The position numbers and the translations under genes are program-made. Of a DNA stretch of 38,609 bases, positions 1-9,607 are shown in pieces. Every line of letters begins with the position of its first letter. The stretch's first letter is position 1. The stretch comes from Chrysochromulina tobinii (lineage: Eukaryota). The notes under the pieces were generated by a model. It did not search any database. It was not told the DNA's origin and worked only from the letters and a program-made list of their open reading frames with translations. Where the stretch lies: positions 1-38,609 of the forward strand of contig JWZX01003099.1 of NCBI GenBank assembly GCA_001275005.1, written 5' to 3'.

Positions 1-1153
1 CGACCGCGCGCACCGCCACGGACACCACGCCCAGGTTCATCTCGAGGTCCAGTACCTTTTTGAGCCCCTGGGCCAACGCGCTGTAGTCTGCTGGCACAAG
101 AGCCTCGCGCCCATCGAGCAGGCTGATCAGCTGCTCGGCGGCGGCCTTGCGCCCCTGCCACCCTTGCGCCTTCGCAGCTCCGATCACGAGGTTGTCGGTG
201 AGCGACTGTAGCCACGTGTCGGGGGCCGTTGAGCCCTTGGAGTGCGGCAGCGCGCGAAGTAGGTCAAACGGGGGAGCCGCCGCCGCCCCTGCCTCTCCTG
301 CGGCCGCGCCGGCCGCCGTCGCCGCCGCGCCGTCGGCCGAGGCGCCTGTGGGCGCCGGTCCCTCGCTGCGCAGCCGGCGGCGTTCGCTCGGCGGCAGCGG
401 CAGTGGCAGAGGCGCCTCCTTGAGCTCCTTGAGCTTTGCGTCAGCCACGCCCTTGATCCCTTTGCACCAGTCCTGCTCCCGGCGGCCGAGGGCGAGGCGC
501 ATCTCCCCGACGAGTGCCGCGGCCGCATCACGCACCTCCTTGTCGCGATGCTCGAGGTTGCCGTCGACGCCCTTGGCGGGCGCGAGCACGAGCGCGAGCG
601 CGCCCAGATCGAAGGCGGATCCTCCGAAGAGGCGCACGGCCTGAGCGAGCGCCTTGAGGGCCGCCGCACGCGTCTTCACGATCTTGCTGGCCGCGCCGAG
701 CGCAAGCGCGATCTGGACGTGCGAGGCGCCGCCCACCTCGACGAGGTACAGGAGCGCCTCGAGCGCCTTGGGCCGTGCCAGGTGCTTGTCGACGATCGTC
801 GTCGCCATGGGCCCCGCTTGCGCTTGCGCGAGCTCAGCAGGCGCTCCGCGCAAGAAGGCGGTCGCTGCGTCGAGCGCCGAGCCCTGCGTGGCCGGCATCT
901 TATCGCACAGGATCTCGACGATGCGAGCGGCGTACTCGTCGAAGACCGACGGCTCGTCGGCCAGCGCAAAGAGCTCTGCCAGCTCGCTGTACGCCGCCTT
1001 GCGCACCTGCGGGTTGCCGTCCGCCAGCCGCTTCGCGAGCGGCCCCGCAGCGGCGCTCACGTCGCTCTCGGCGTGCTCTGCCACGTTGAAGGTGGACTTG
1101 ACCTGCGCGAGCGGTATGTCCTCGAGGCTGTTAGCCGGCGCATTCTCGGCCAT
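1..1153 (-). CDS. TOG-domain (XMAP215/CKAP5/MOR1 family) microtubule-associated protein, 5' part; continues past the left edge
   Basis: My own translation from ATG at 1153 (absent from the ORF track because there is no stop in the window): MAENAPANSLEDIPLAQVK...KRLADGNPQVRKAAYSELAELF...LEHRDKEVRDAAAAL...GWQGRKAAAEQL...DYSALAQGLKKVLDLEMNLGVVSVAVRAV. This HEAT-repeat pattern resembles TOG1 and the start of TOG2. Confidence 0.75.
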   Translation of the reverse strand, partial: MAENAPANSLEDIPLAQVKSTFNVAEHAESDVSAAAGPLAKRLADGNPQVRKAAYSELAELFALADEPSVFDEYAARIVEILCDKMPATQGSALDAATAFLRGAPAELAQAQAGPMATTIVDKHLARPKALEALLYLVEVGGASHVQIALALGAASKIVKTRAAALKALAQAVRLFGGSAFDLGALALVLAPAKGVDGNLEHRDKEVRDAAAALVGEMRLALGRREQDWCKGIKGVADAKLKELKEAPLPLPLPPSERRRLRSEGPAPTGASADGAAATAAGAAAGEAGAAAAPPFDLLRALPHSKGSTAPDTWLQSLTDNLVIGAAKAQGWQGRKAAAEQLISLLDGREALVPADYSALAQGLKKVLDLEMNLGVVSVAVRAV

Positions 1154-1272
1154 GGTGGTGAACCTGTGACGGGTCGGAGTGGCGCGAGAAGAGAAATGGA
1201 GGTGTGAAACCTCTGTGAAGAATGCGGACGAGAATCACTTTGCGAAAAAGGGATCTATTCTGCTCTGCTCCT

Positions 1273-2193
1273 TTAATCGCGCCGCGGCCCCCACCCCTTC
1301 TTGTCGTGGAAGGCCTTGAGGTTCTCGTACGCGCGCTTGGCCTTCTCCTGCGTCGCCGCGATCGAGGCGGCCGAGGCCTCGTCGTCGCCGGCTCCCGCGG
1401 CGGCGGCGGCGGCGGCGGTCGCCGCCGCGATGGCACCCTTGCCCACGCACGAGGCGACGCGCGCGCTGCTGTGGCTCAAGAAGGCGGTCACCTGCACGAG
1501 CATCGTCTCGACGTTGCCATACGTCGGCTGCCAATCGATGAGCATCTCCATGCAGAGCGCGCCGTCGAAGACGTACTCGGAGTGCAGCGTGGGCGACGCG
1601 CAGAAGACCAGCGGGGGCGTGAACGGGAAGTCGTCCGGGAATCGTATTTGCAGCACGAGCGGCACTAGGTCGTCCTTGGACTCGCTCAGGCTCTGCAGGT
1701 CCTTGTGCAGCGGGCTTTCCTCGTCAAAGGCCCAGTCGAAGAGCGAGACCTGCCACACCTGCAGGTCGTCGTTGACCAGCTCGAGCTCGAGCCCGTTGAC
1801 CGACGAGCACACCTGACGCAGCTCCTTGAGCAGCCGTGTCGCCGCCGGCACGCCCTTGGCCTTGGCAGCGGCAAAGCCGCGCTCCACGCTTTGCATGAGC
1901 CGCTCCGCCGCGGCCTCCGCCTGGTCATCGTCGTCCTCGAGCTCCTCCTCCGCCACCGGCGCCGGCGGCGGAGGAGGAGGCACATTGGCGAACGTGGGCT
2001 GCACCAGCGGTCTGCTGGAAGAGCCGCCGTCAAATGACAGACCGGCCACGGCAGCGGCAGCGTGGATGCTCACGGTGGTGCTGGCGCCGCCCCCCTCGCA
2101 GGATGCGCTGGAGGCGGAGGCGGAGGCGGAGGCGGAGGCGATGCCGGATTGAGGTGGAGAGGCAGAGGCCTCGGCCCTGGCCATGTCCGCCAT
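1273..2193 (-). CDS. Ubiquitin-conjugating enzyme E2, UBE2Q-like
   Basis: UBC fold motifs ATRLLKEL, LVNDDLQVWQV, FPDDFPFTPP and GALCMEML (catalytic Cys in the UBE2Q-type context); single exon, 306 aa. Confidence 0.85.
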   Translation of the reverse strand: MADMARAEASASPPQSGIASASASASASSASCEGGGASTTVSIHAAAAVAGLSFDGGSSSRPLVQPTFANVPPPPPPAPVAEEELEDDDDQAEAAAERLMQSVERGFAAAKAKGVPAATRLLKELRQVCSSVNGLELELVNDDLQVWQVSLFDWAFDEESPLHKDLQSLSESKDDLVPLVLQIRFPDDFPFTPPLVFCASPTLHSEYVFDGALCMEMLIDWQPTYGNVETMLVQVTAFLSHSSARVASCVGKGAIAAATAAAAAAAGAGDDEASAASIAATQEKAKRAYENLKAFHDKKGWGPRRD

Positions 2194-2379
2194 CGCTCAC
2201 CGTGATGTTTTTTCGCTCGGGAACGAGATCTTTTTCGCAAAACACATGTGCGGGGTACCCAAAGCGAGCTGAGCTGTGGCTTGGCCAGGCGCCCCTTGAT
2301 GAGGACCGCAATTCGTCGCGTCGTGTCGGTGATTCTGTTGCAGGACTCTCACCGTGTTGTCAACTCTCTCCCAGCCGTC

Positions 2380-5255
2380 ATGGCGATGGCGGAGAGCAGC
2401 AACGCGCTGAGCCTGAGCTGGGTCTTCGGCTTCGCGGATCGGTGCCCGGTGACCAACCTGTGCGACGCCAACCGCGCTGCCATCTTCTACGCCTCCGCGC
2501 ACACGGGCATCATCTACGACCTGAACTCGAAGAGCCAGCAGCTGCTGCAGGGGCACTGCAACCCGATCACGTGCACGTGCGCGAGCGCGGACCGGCGGCT
2601 TGTTGCGACGTCCGACCGCGGCGCCGACTCGATGCTCGTCGTCTGGGACTCGTACAGCACGCAGCCGGTCAAGACGATCGCGACGCCGCACCCACACGGC
2701 GTACATGCGATGGACATGTCGCCGGATGGCAAGTACCTGGTGACGCTCTCGGAGCCGGCGCCGGAGGGCGAGGCGGGCGGGCCGCAGGTGATCGCCGTGT
2801 GGGACTGCAGCCCGGCCGGCTCGAGCGACACGCCGATCTACTCGGCGATGGTGACGTCGCCGAGCGGCGAGGCGGCCGAGCTGCAGATCAGCGTGCGTCT
2901 CGACCCGTCCGACCCGACGCAGATCGTGACCAACGGCGCGTCGGTGGTCATCTTCTGGTCCTTTGCCGAGGGCGGCCTCACCTACTACTCTCCGCCGCTC
3001 TCGAGCCACGACTTCAAGCAGTCGATCGGCACACTCACCAAGTCCACTTTCCTCCCGGGCTCGACAAAGGCGGTCACCGCAACGGCCGACGGCGACTGCG
3101 TGCTCTGGGACGTTCTCGACTCGGGGCCGGCGGAGTACACGACCGAGCGGCGCGCGGCCAAGATCGTGCGCCTGCACACGGGCGCGGTCACCAACATTCT
3201 GACCGTCGGCAAGTACCTTGTCTCTGGAGGCGCCGACGGCCACGTGCGCTTCTACGACTTCGAGTTCCGCATCATCGCGTGGTTCGAGGACCTGGACGCT
3301 GGCGCGATCTCGTCGATCTCGTTCGCGGTGCCCACGAGCTCCGGCAAGGCCGCCAAGGCCGCCGCCGACGCCGCTGCATCCGGCGTGCTCAGCTGCCCCG
3401 ACTTTGTCGTTGGCACGTCCAACTCGCTCATCGTGAGCTGCCGGCCGTCGATGTTCGACGAGCTGATGACCGAGAGGAAGCGAGGCACGCTGCTCGTGCA
3501 GGGGCAGGACGCGCCCGTGCACGGGCTCGCCGCGCACCCGTCCCTCACGCGCTTCGCCGTCACCGGCAAGGCCGGCCTGCTGCAGCTATGGGACTATGCG
3601 GAAAAGCGGTTACTCCTCATGCGCATGTTCGACCGTCTCTCAGGGCACACGCTCGCCTTCTCGCCTAGTGGCAAGTTCCTCGCGATCGGCTTCACCTCGG
3701 GGCTGCTCAAGGTGCTCGTGGGCATGACCCTCGAGGAGGTGGCCACCTTCAAGGCCGCCGCCGGCTGCATCACCGCCGCAGCCTTTTCGCATGACTCGAC
3801 CTACCTCGCGACGTCGGACACGGACAACTGCGTGGGAGTCTATCGGCTCGGCAACCCTGGCGATGAGCCGACTGCCAAGAAGGAGTGGATCTTTGTGGGC
3901 AAGTACCGCGGCCACTACAAGCCGATCACGGGGCTGCAGTTCGGCGAGGGCTCGGACGGCTCAGCGCGCCTCTTCTCCTGCGGCGAGGACCGCGCACTGG
4001 TCGAGTACGACCTGGCGCGCTCGTCCGTCCAGGGAGGCATCCAGCTGCGCAACACGTCCAAGATCGAGCAGACGGGCGTGCCGACCGGATGCGTGTACGT
4101 GCCCGCAGGCGCGCAGGACGCCGAGCCGCACGTGGTCACTGCCAACGACCAGTACAAGCTGCGCGTCATCGCGCCCGGCCCCAAGTCCATTCAACGCACC
4201 GTCGTAGGCCCAACGTACGGCGGGCCGTTGACCCGCATGCTGCTCCTCTCCCCGGGCGAATCGCCGCAGCCGGGCGCGCCGCGCTACCTTGCGTACGCGA
4301 CGCACGACAAGGTGGTGGGCCTCGTGCAGATGCCTCTCGATGGCAACCCGAACAAGACGATGGGTCTGATCGCGCACCCCGGGGAGGTGGGCGATTGCAT
4401 GCTGATGACCTCTGATTGCCTCCCTCGTCATCGCGCACCCCGGGGAGGTGGGCGAGCTCGTTTAAGGGCGAGCTCGTTTAAGGGGCTCAATTGCCTCTGA
4501 GTGCCTTTGAGTGCCACACATCGCCGCTCATTGCCACCCATGGCCTCCATCATCAGGTGAGCGATCTCGTAGCGAGCTGGGACGGCCAGTGGCTACTCAC
4601 CGCGGGCGGCCACGATCGCTCCATCCATATGTGGAACGTGCGGCCGGCAGCGCTCGTGGCGACGGCGAAAGCGGGCGGGAGCGGCATCGCGCCCTTTGTG
4701 TCGCAGCTCGACGGCGGCGCGCAGGGCACCGTTTACGAGGAGATCGTCGACCACTTTTACTACGCGCAGCTGCGTGCGCAAGGGGAGGACTCGACTGAGC
4801 CACGGAAGATCACAGGCAAGGTGCCCATGTCTGAATTGGGCAATATGATGCGCTCGCTCGGATTCTACCCGTCAGGTCGCGAGATCGACGAGATGACATC
4901 CGAGGCCAAAGCCGTCGCGCAGGCCGCCGGACGGCCCGCCGACTCATTCACCTTCGACGAGTTCCTCGCCCTGTACGTTAACCACCGTCCCATTCTGGGC
5001 GTCTCCAAGGAGCAGATCGCCGATGCCTTCGCGGTGCTCGCTACGGACGGATCGGGTGTCCTCTCACGCGAGGCCCTCGTACGCGTTCTCAACTCATACG
5101 ATGAGGCCCTGGGCGCCGACGACCTTTCAAAGTGCCTGCAGCTGCTCGTTGGCTCCGAGCGCCCCGAGGTCGCCATCCCCGAGCGCGTGGACGCCAAGGT
5201 CTTCGCCGAGACGCTCCTCGGCTTTCAGGACTACGGCGCCGAGGCGGCCGCGTGA
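2380..5255 (+). CDS. CFAP251: Cilia- and flagella-associated protein 251 (WD40 repeats plus C-terminal EF-hand-like region); exons 2380-4386 and 4557-5255, about 901 aa
   Basis: Motifs LSLSWVFGF, QQLLQGHCNPI, GPTYGGPL, LPLDGNP-like MPLDGNPNKTMGLIAHPGE|VSDL, and DHFYYAQLRAQGEDSTEPRK...MRSLGFYPS are characteristic of WDR66/CFAP251. A phase-0 GT-AG intron at 4387-4556 joins the two ORFs in frame. Confidence 0.9.
4387..4556 (+). other. Repeat-type intron of CFAP251 with an internal 26-bp copy of the exon/donor junction
   Basis: GT...CATCAG boundaries; 4369-4394 is identical to 4430-4455; contains CTGATGACCTCTGATTGCCTCCCTC. Confidence 0.85.
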
Positions 5256-5686
5256 GACGAGCACGAGCACGAGGACATGGGCGCCGTCTCGGGCGCCCCG
5301 TCGGGAGGGGGAGCATGCGAGAGGGAGCGCGGCGGTCGCGGGAGCAGGCGTGGGCGCGTCGTTGTGTGACTTGTGGGGGCTGCTGCTGAGAGCACAGGGC
5401 ACATGAGGAAAGCATGCCCATGAATCCGGGGCGTGAATCCTCTCGTTAGGACCACCGGACGGAGCGGATCGGTGCCGCGCGGAGAGGAACGTCTTGCGTG
5501 CCGTGCGGACCTCTCTTTTCGATTTTATTGCGAATTCAAAGCCGTCTCGCGACGCACTCACACAATTCCACAAATCGCCGTCCGGCGCGGTGCGCGTGCC
5601 GCGCGATCCACCGGCCACGGTCAGCCCGCTCGGCTCTCGGGTCTCGGCTGCACGCTCGACGCTGCCCGAGCCCGTCCGCTGCGGCC

Positions 5687-8257
5687 CTACACCAGCGTGC
5701 TACGCCCCGCGGCAAGTGCAAGGCCCCGCAAGCGCAAGATCCTCGGGTCGGCGACAGCATGCACCTCGGGCCGCAGCGTGGGCGACGCAGACGACGACGT
5801 GCGCTCCGTGTCCTGCGTTATGTACCTTGGGCTCGCTCTGGATCGCATAATGTGGAACTCGGCGCCACTCCGACACACGGGGCACAGGACCGCTTGAAGG
5901 ACGTCATCCGCCCTCGCCTCCCTCCACTGCTGCGCGCACTCGACACAGAGCCTATGAATCTGGCAGCCCTGCACCTCATAGGGCCGGCCGTTGGGCGTGC
6001 CGTCCTCAAAGGGCTCGAGGCACACAGGGCACTCGATCTGCGTCGCTATGAGCTGCTCGGCCTTGGCTTGTCCTTCGGAGCCAAAGATGCTCCATTTGGG
6101 ACGTCGGATGACAAGCGAATACGTCAAGATGGGGGGAGGGCGTGGGTAATGGGCGAAGCTGCCGCCTCTCCCCGGCCGGACGGCCATCAGGCGGATGGAG
6201 AAGACGATGAAGACGATGAAGCTGAAGCCGTAGAGGCTGACACGGAGTATCTGGACGGCCTCCTCGGTCTTCGAGGGGCCCACGCCGGGGGGGATGTAAG
6301 AGTATTGGTCGCAATAGAGCAATCCGTGCGGGCATATGGGGCGCTGCCCGTGGTAGAGCAAGCGCCCCTCGAGCGTCGTCGAGAGCACTGCGCAGCTCTG
6401 TGAATGTGACAGCACGTGGGACGTGGTGGTGGCGGCGCTGAAAGTCGAGGCACTCGCGCTGGCACTCTCATACTCTATTTGGGATCCTTGGGAGGAAGTG
6501 GTGGTGGGCTCTAGGCTAGGCAGTGGAGGGCGGGGATGTGGAACCGAGCCGTTGGTGCACAGGGCAGTTGACCAGAACACGTTGGTGTAGCGGCTGCGCA
6601 TGGTCACATTCATGGCGATGGGGACCGCCAACGAGGCACTCGCTGCTGCCCTCGCCTTGGCTGCCGCCGCCTCGGCCTCGTCGGTGGCGCACTTGAGCCC
6701 GGAAGGGCAGATCTCCGAGCTCGCCGGTAGTGGGGGGTAGAGGCAATCCTGTGGCGAGGAGGAACGAGGGCAAGCGGAGATCGTGCAAATCTCCACATAG
6801 ACGCCGAGGGGCAGCAGGCCCGCGCCGGCGACCAGCGCGTAACTCGAGCCTAGGGTGCGCAGTTGCGGTGCACGGCCAGTGCACACGATGCCACCTGCAC
6901 TTGCTGTCAGACTGTCGCCACTGCTGTTGCCCATGCCGCCGATGCCACCCGCCGTCGCGTCCCCAAACCAGACCGCCTCAATCGTCCCGGGCTCGCCCAG
7001 AGCGGGTACGTTCAGCTTTGCGCCGAGTGTCGTCACGAGGGGCGCCTCCCCCTCGCCAGCAGCACGGCCGAGCTTCGTCACGAGGGGCGCGCGGCCCCGG
7101 CCCCCAAGACTGCCACCGCTCACAAGGTCAAGCACGCCCAGCCAGGCGCGGGACTCGCCACCCGCCACACACCCGAGCCGCTCGCCCACCACGCCGCAGA
7201 TGGTGGTGGTCGCGCTGCCGTTGGAATGGGCGTCGTATTGGGCCACGCGGGAGGAGGCACCCTCATGCAAGGAGCGGTCGTAGTGCTGAATCGGTGCCAA
7301 GGTCCGGTCCGCCGGCCAGATGCCTGAGCCGCTCACCCACGCACCCATCCGCCCGTTGGCGGCCAACAGGTTGATGCCGTAGCCGCTTGCCAAGGCCGAC
7401 TGGAAGGCCAACGCACCAGGGCCGCTCGCGAAACGGCTCGAGCGCGCGCCCGAGACGGCGCCCGAGAAGCTGCTGTAGCCGGGGTTGAGCAGGCACATAG
7501 GCGCCACGACGTCGCGCACCCCATGCTCGAGCAAGGACAGCATCGGGTCGCCGAAATTCGCATCGTTGTCGATGATGAAACCGAAGCGGACGACGCCCGT
7601 GCTCAGTGGGGCATCGAAAAAGGCTGGTTGCGCGTCGGCCGCTTCCATCCACACGTCGGCATTGCGCCGCCATGTATAGGCGAGGTGCGACTTGGAGTAC
7701 GAGCCCAGCAGCTCACCTTTGCGCCCAAAGGCCGCTGCCCCATCGAACTGGCCCATGTGGCTCCGCTCGTTGCACGGCAGCAGACGGCCGTCGAAGGCGT
7801 TCTGCTTGGGCACGCAGGGAGCGGTGATGCCGAGGCCGACAACGAGGACGAGGTCGTGCTTCTTGGCGATGCACGCGAGAGCGCTCGCCACCGGAGAGTC
7901 CTTAAAGTCGGCGCCGCACATCGTGATGCCCGCCTCTGGCAGCGGCTCCGCAAAGTTGGGCGGCGTGATGTACTTTGAGCGCCAGTGCGGTCCCCCGCCA
8001 CCAAAGGAGCTGATGAAATCTTCGGGAAAGACCACGATCTGCGCGCCCTGCGCAGCGGCCCTGCCTGCCCACTCATCGGCGGTCTTGACGTTCATCATCA
8101 TGAGAGCGACGGCACCTGCGGCAGTGCCGTCCCAGCTGCTGTACGGCGTTGGGTAAATCTCGACGACCGCGGCCCGATACCTCACACCGGGGCTGGGTGC
8201 ATCGGCCGCGTCCGAGTGAGATGCCAGAAGCAGCACTGTAAACAGCAGCGTGTGCAT
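5687..8257 (-). CDS. Signal peptide + vanin/biotinidase-like (nitrilase superfamily) ectodomain + single TM helix + C3HC4 RING finger, about 856 aa
   Basis: Signal-like start MHTLLFTVLLLASHSDA; YRAAVVE, GAQIVVFPED, GSYSKSHL and RFGFIIDNDANFGDP; hydrophobic VSLYGFSFIVFIVFSI; RING pattern CPVC...C-x2-H-x2-CVEC...CPVCR. Confidence 0.75.
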   Translation of the reverse strand: MHTLLFTVLLLASHSDAADAPSPGVRYRAAVVEIYPTPYSSWDGTAAGAVALMMMNVKTADEWAGRAAAQGAQIVVFPEDFISSFGGGGPHWRSKYITPPNFAEPLPEAGITMCGADFKDSPVASALACIAKKHDLVLVVGLGITAPCVPKQNAFDGRLLPCNERSHMGQFDGAAAFGRKGELLGSYSKSHLAYTWRRNADVWMEAADAQPAFFDAPLSTGVVRFGFIIDNDANFGDPMLSLLEHGVRDVVAPMCLLNPGYSSFSGAVSGARSSRFASGPGALAFQSALASGYGINLLAANGRMGAWVSGSGIWPADRTLAPIQHYDRSLHEGASSRVAQYDAHSNGSATTTICGVVGERLGCVAGGESRAWLGVLDLVSGGSLGGRGRAPLVTKLGRAAGEGEAPLVTTLGAKLNVPALGEPGTIEAVWFGDATAGGIGGMGNSSGDSLTASAGGIVCTGRAPQLRTLGSSYALVAGAGLLPLGVYVEICTISACPRSSSPQDCLYPPLPASSEICPSGLKCATDEAEAAAAKARAAASASLAVPIAMNVTMRSRYTNVFWSTALCTNGSVPHPRPPLPSLEPTTTSSQGSQIEYESASASASTFSAATTTSHVLSHSQSCAVLSTTLEGRLLYHGQRPICPHGLLYCDQYSYIPPGVGPSKTEEAVQILRVSLYGFSFIVFIVFSIRLMAVRPGRGGSFAHYPRPPPILTYSLVIRRPKWSIFGSEGQAKAEQLIATQIECPVCLEPFEDGTPNGRPYEVQGCQIHRLCVECAQQWREARADDVLQAVLCPVCRSGAEFHIMRSRASPRYITQDTERTSSSASPTLRPEVHAVADPRILRLRGLALAAGRSTLV

Positions 8258-8425
8258 ATTCCACCGCCACCGCCATCGTCCACACGCTCCTCTTGCAGAC
8301 ACGACCCTGCAACACGACCAACACGGCACCATGGGACTTGGGAAAAGCGAGCGTTTATTTCTGACGAAACAGCTCCGCAATATTGGTTCGTTCGCGCCAT
8401 GTCTCACAGTCAAGGCTCGCCTCGC

Positions 8426-9383
8426 TTACAACAACGTCACTTCGGTTAGGAAAGGAATGGATAACGAGAATGCTTGAAGGTCCCAGCTCAGGCGCCCGCC
8501 ATGGCGCCCGTCGCGACTCACCATGGCGACCGTTGGCAGCAAGGGCTCGACCTTCAGCCCATTCTCACCGGCTGCCTCCTGCCAGTCCTCAAACGCGGAG
8601 TCGAAGAACTGGCCCGTCGACTGCAGCCGAGCGTCGTAGTACTGCTCATGGGAGTGTGAATGGGATCTATTTATACAACCTCCGACGTCGGCTGCGATGG
8701 GCGCGCCGTGCTCCTCACACATGATGACGCGGGTCGATGTACCTCGTCGACGGGATTCCTTGAGGATCGAGGAGATGGTGTGGCAGAGCGGCCTGTGTGC
8801 CTCGTAGTATGGCGTCACTGCGAGCAAATGGGGACACTCAATAATGCGTACCGTGAGCACAGAGAGGAGTTCAGAGAGGAGGAGCAGTGCACTCACGCAT
8901 CAGGCTCGATCGGCAAGGTGGAGACGCGGGTCGCGCACCATCGCTAGCAAGCACCCAATCAAACGGCTCGCTTGGAGCGTCGTCACGGCCCCAGCGTAGC
9001 CGAGCGACGGCAATGCTCCCTTGGGTCGGAAGGAGACTGCGATTGCGCTCCACGTTCGTCTGCATGAGCGTTTGCACTTCATCCGATCCATCTGTCAGAA
9101 TGACACGCGAGGCGTGACAGCCGGCTGCGTACAACCCGACAGCACCCGTGCCGCTGCCAAGCTCAATCACCCGCGTCCCTTCGAACAGTGAGGCGTGAGC
9201 TCTTTGCCACCTGCACAACGCTGCGGCCGACTTCCAGACGCGTCCGCCGAGGGAACCTGAATGCTGCTCGGTCGCAGCCGAGCCACTCGACGCCACGGCC
9301 GCAGCGTTGAGCTCCTGCAGCTCCAAGAACGCGCCCGAGGGCAGCGCGGGCATCTGGGTCGCGCGGGAGCGAATGGCTCGCAT
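8426..9383 (-). CDS. Family-16 (METTL21/EEF1AKMT-like) SAM-dependent lysine methyltransferase; exons 9383-8939 and 8817-8426
   Basis: GGRVWKSAAALCRW, VIELGSGTGAVGL, VILTD, LRWG and FDWVLASD(V)TPYY; a GT-AG intron at 8938-8818 restores the frame. The start could also be 9353. Confidence 0.8.
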
Positions 9384-9607
9384 GAATACTCGTTCGGGGA
9401 ATTTTGTACGCCACGCGGATCCCAAATTTGTCCTTATTGTCCGCGGCTCCGCGAAAATCCACGTACGCGTCAAGGCACCGCAGCCATGCGGACAAGCTCT
9501 CACACGCTCATCTCACGCTAGATTCGCGGGGCGCGTTGGCGCGTGTATGATTGCAATCATCAACATATCCGGATAGAACATACGGATACGTAGCTGTGTA
9601 TACTCCT

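Noticed and set aside
2034..3668. 544-aa Arg-rich ORF and similar long overlapping ORFs (e.g. 14269-15792, 22544-23698)
   Set aside because: These are alternate-frame or antisense shadows of recognisable genes in high-GC DNA, with no recognisable domains.
4387..4556. Frameshift or pseudogene in CFAP251 (two ORFs in different frames)
   Set aside because: A GT-AG intron restores the conserved HPGE|VS junction.
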